64,000 nucleotides of DNA, taken from the NCBI GenBank assembly GCA_963708295.1, contig CAVPSJ010000011.1:32001-96000 (forward strand), given 5' to 3'. Position 1 is the first letter of the stretch, and the number at the start of each line of letters is the position of its first letter. Below the pieces are notes generated by a model. That model made no database searches and was not told the DNA's origin. It saw nothing but the letters and a program-made list of their open reading frames with translations. Source of the DNA: an uncultured delta proteobacterium. GTDB taxonomy: Bacteria; Desulfobacterota; BSN033; UBA1163. Made by a program: the position numbers and the translations under genes. Of this stretch, positions 61,701-64,000 are shown piece by piece.

Positions 61701-62672
61701 ATGGTCAAGCATTATTTGGAGTTTGAAAAGCCTCTCATTGAACTTGAAAGAGAGATCGAAAATCTGAAGAGGTTCTCTAGAGGAAGGCCGACTCACTTTG
61801 ACGAGCAATTGAAGGGGTTGGAAGAAAAACTCTATCGCCTGCAGCAGGAAATATTCTCTAACTTAACGGGTTGGCAAATTACCCAGTTAGCAAGACATAT
61901 TGATCGACCCAATGCATCCCATTATGTCCAATGGATGTTCGAGAACTTTGTTGAGCTACACGGAGATCGAAACTATCGGGACGACCCGGCGATCATTGGC
62001 GGAATGGCCAGGTTTAATGGCAGGTCGGTAGCCATCATCGCCCATCAAAGGGGAGCAGATGCAAAAGAGATGGCTCATCGGAATTTCGGGATGCCTCATC
62101 CTGAGGGATATCGGAAGGCCCTGAGGTTAATGAAACTGGCGGAGGTATTCAAAAAGCCTATTATTACCATGATAGATACAAAGGGCGCATATCCCGGAAT
62201 AGGTGCCGAAGAGAGGGGACAGGCTGGGGCCATCGCCAGGAATTTAGAAACGATGGCAATTCTCCAAACACCTATTATCGTTATTATCATTGGGGAAGGA
62301 GGGAGTGGAGGTGCCCTGGCTATAGGAGTGGGAGATCGGATTCTGATGCTAGAGTATTCAATTTACTCCGTTATATCGCCCGAGGGATGCGCAGCGATTC
62401 TCTGGAGAGACGGGGAAAAGGGAAAGGTAGAGGCCGCAGAATCTTTGAAATTGACTGCTCCAGACTTATCCAGACTAGGCGTGATCGATGAGATTGTCAA
62501 AGAGCCTCTAGGAGGAGCCCATCGAGACCCGCCCGGAATGGCAAAGCACTTAAAAGAAGTCATCGAGCGACACCTGAAAGAATTGGAAAAAATAGATGGA
62601 GAAGAATTGTTAAACCTCCGATATCAGAAGTTCAGACGGATGGGGACCTTCATTGATGGCGGGATAGGGTAG
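61701..62672 (+). CDS. accA: Acetyl-CoA carboxylase carboxyltransferase alpha subunit
   Basis: LEFEKP, ELHGDR, NFGMPHPEGYRKA, GEGGSGGALA, SVISPEGCA. Confidence 0.97.
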   Translation: MVKHYLEFEKPLIELEREIENLKRFSRGRPTHFDEQLKGLEEKLYRLQQEIFSNLTGWQITQLARHIDRPNASHYVQWMFENFVELHGDRNYRDDPAIIGGMARFNGRSVAIIAHQRGADAKEMAHRNFGMPHPEGYRKALRLMKLAEVFKKPIITMIDTKGAYPGIGAEERGQAGAIARNLETMAILQTPIIVIIIGEGGSGGALAIGVGDRILMLEYSIYSVISPEGCAAILWRDGEKGKVEAAESLKLTAPDLSRLGVIDEIVKEPLGGAHRDPPGMAKHLKEVIERHLKELEKIDGEELLNLRYQKFRRMGTFIDGGIG

Positions 62673-62686
62673 ATCGAAAAGGGACG

Positions 62687-64000
62687 ATGCCAAGGAAAAT
62701 TCAAGTTTTGCCAGAATCCATTTCACAGGTCATCGCGGCAGGGGAGGTCATTGAGAGACCGGGTTCCGTAGTCAAGGAGTTGATGGAAAACGCGGTAGAT
62801 GCCGGAAGTTCGGAGATCATTGTCGAGTTAAAGTCCGGAGGCCTCCAACTCATTCGTGTGGCGGACAGTGGCGAGGGGATGGATCAGGAGGATGTTCCAT
62901 TCGCCTTTCAAAGATACGCCACCAGCAAAATAGAGAGAGCTGAGGATCTTTACGCCATCCGTACGTTAGGGTTCAGAGGGGAGGCTCTTCCCAGTATTTG
63001 TCAGGTTTCAAGAATGACCCTCCTGACCAGGACGCCCCATTCTATGAGTGGAACGAAGGTGATCTGCGAAGGGGGCGAAATAACGAATATTTCAGAAATA
63101 GGCTGTCCGATCGGAACGGAGGTAGAAGTTCAGCAACTCTTCTATAATATTCCCGTTAAAAGAAAATTTTTGAAGTCGATCCGTTCAGAACTTCGCTCTG
63201 TTCTAAATCATTTTCTCCGTTTGAGTCTTTCTCACCCAGAAATTTCATTTAGATTGATCCATGACGGGCGGACTCTTCATGAATACCCCAAAACGGAAAT
63301 TCCTTTGGTCCGAATCGAAGCCATTCTTGGAAAGGAAACCTATTCTCAGCTCCTGCCCGTAGGATTCGAAGACGGAGGAGTCCGAATATCGGGATTTGCC
63401 AGCCTCCCATCCCTCACAAGAAGAAATGCGGAGTCCATTTTCTTCTATGTCAACCAGCGATTTATCAAAGACCGGGTAATCTATAAAGCCATCATGGACG
63501 CCTATCGCCGTATTCTCCCCAACCACCAATTTCCTGTAGTCATCCTCTACATCTCTCTCCCGCCCTCCGCCGTTGATGTAAATGTCCACCCGACCAAAGC
63601 TGAGGTAAAATTTCAGAATCCGGATAGGGTGTTCCAGGCTGTTCTCACAGCCGTTCGAATCGCGCTCGAGGAAGGGCCCCTCCGGCTTGAAAAAATCGCT
63701 CCTGAAAGAAACGAGGCGGACCGGTTTCTTCAGAAGAACCTCCTCGAAATTGGGCGTGAAAGTCTTATACCGTCTTCCTATTTTGCGGACGGAAAGGAGG
63801 GGGCGGCTCTTATCGCTCGTGAGAGAGAAGGACTTCCTTGGAAAAGAGGGGAGAAATGGCCCTATACCGTCCTCGGGCAGATTCAAGGGACCTATATTCT
63901 CTGCGAGGGAGGAGGGAATTTAATCTTTATCGATCAGCATGCCGCCCATGAGAGGATTCTTTTTGAAAAATTTAAGAGCGAATACGAAGACAGGTCGATC
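62687..64000 (+). CDS. mutL: DNA mismatch repair endonuclease MutL, 3'-truncated by window edge (not in the ORF track)
   Basis: Manual translation: MPRKIQVLP..IAAGEVIERPGSVVKELMENAVDAG, LGFRGEAL, VDVNVHPTKAEVKF, in-frame DQHAAHER at 63932. Confidence 0.96.
   Translation, partial: MPRKIQVLPESISQVIAAGEVIERPGSVVKELMENAVDAGSSEIIVELKSGGLQLIRVADSGEGMDQEDVPFAFQRYATSKIERAEDLYAIRTLGFRGEALPSICQVSRMTLLTRTPHSMSGTKVICEGGEITNISEIGCPIGTEVEVQQLFYNIPVKRKFLKSIRSELRSVLNHFLRLSLSHPEISFRLIHDGRTLHEYPKTEIPLVRIEAILGKETYSQLLPVGFEDGGVRISGFASLPSLTRRNAESIFFYVNQRFIKDRVIYKAIMDAYRRILPNHQFPVVILYISLPPSAVDVNVHPTKAEVKFQNPDRVFQAVLTAVRIALEEGPLRLEKIAPERNEADRFLQKNLLEIGRESLIPSSYFADGKEGAALIAREREGLPWKRGEKWPYTVLGQIQGTYILCEGGGNLIFIDQHAAHERILFEKFKSEYEDRSI

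Noticed and set aside
63245-63886. 213-aa minus-strand ORF
   Set aside because: Antisense shadow of mutL, which is open on the plus strand through the window end.

Overview
A 64 kb chromosomal window, mostly housekeeping genes. Gene content and order suggest an anaerobic deltaproteobacterium (Desulfobacterota-like); this is inferred, not confirmed by a search. The window runs: purM (partial), an FAD oxidoreductase, coaD/rsmD, Mut7-C/mtnP/rlmN/ndk, trxB, nifU-like/nrdJ/ferredoxin, ispE-tRNA-Gln-prs-rplY-pth, a DacZ-type diadenylate cyclase, ychF, argF-pyrB-pyrE, yceD-rpmF-plsX-(acyl-CoA dehydrogenase)-fabD-fabG-acpP-fabF-rpiB-deaminase-nrdR-ribD/E/BA/H-nusB, NYN, plsY, tRNA-Pro, an accessory region at about 39.6-49 kb, then rtcA-hflX-guaB-TPR-DUF4388-guaA-dnaE-accA-mutL (partial). 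The strongest candidates for something undescribed are in the accessory region: (1) a three-gene module of a Cys-rich MoxR-type AAA+ ATPase, a FwdC/GltB-like GXGXG beta-helix protein and a VWA protein; (2) an unannotated small RNA of about 95 nt with anti-Shine-Dalgarno sequences in both hairpin loops; (3) a fusion of L7/L12-like, FxLYD-like and apparently inactive Endonuclease III [4Fe-4S] domains. Also notable are an apparent AUU start for hflX, an acyl-CoA dehydrogenase in the usual fabH position, and palindromic heptamer-repeat elements in operon gaps. Two single-base frameshifts (fabD and the TPR gene) look like sequencing errors. All protein calls come from motif recognition; no database searches were run.
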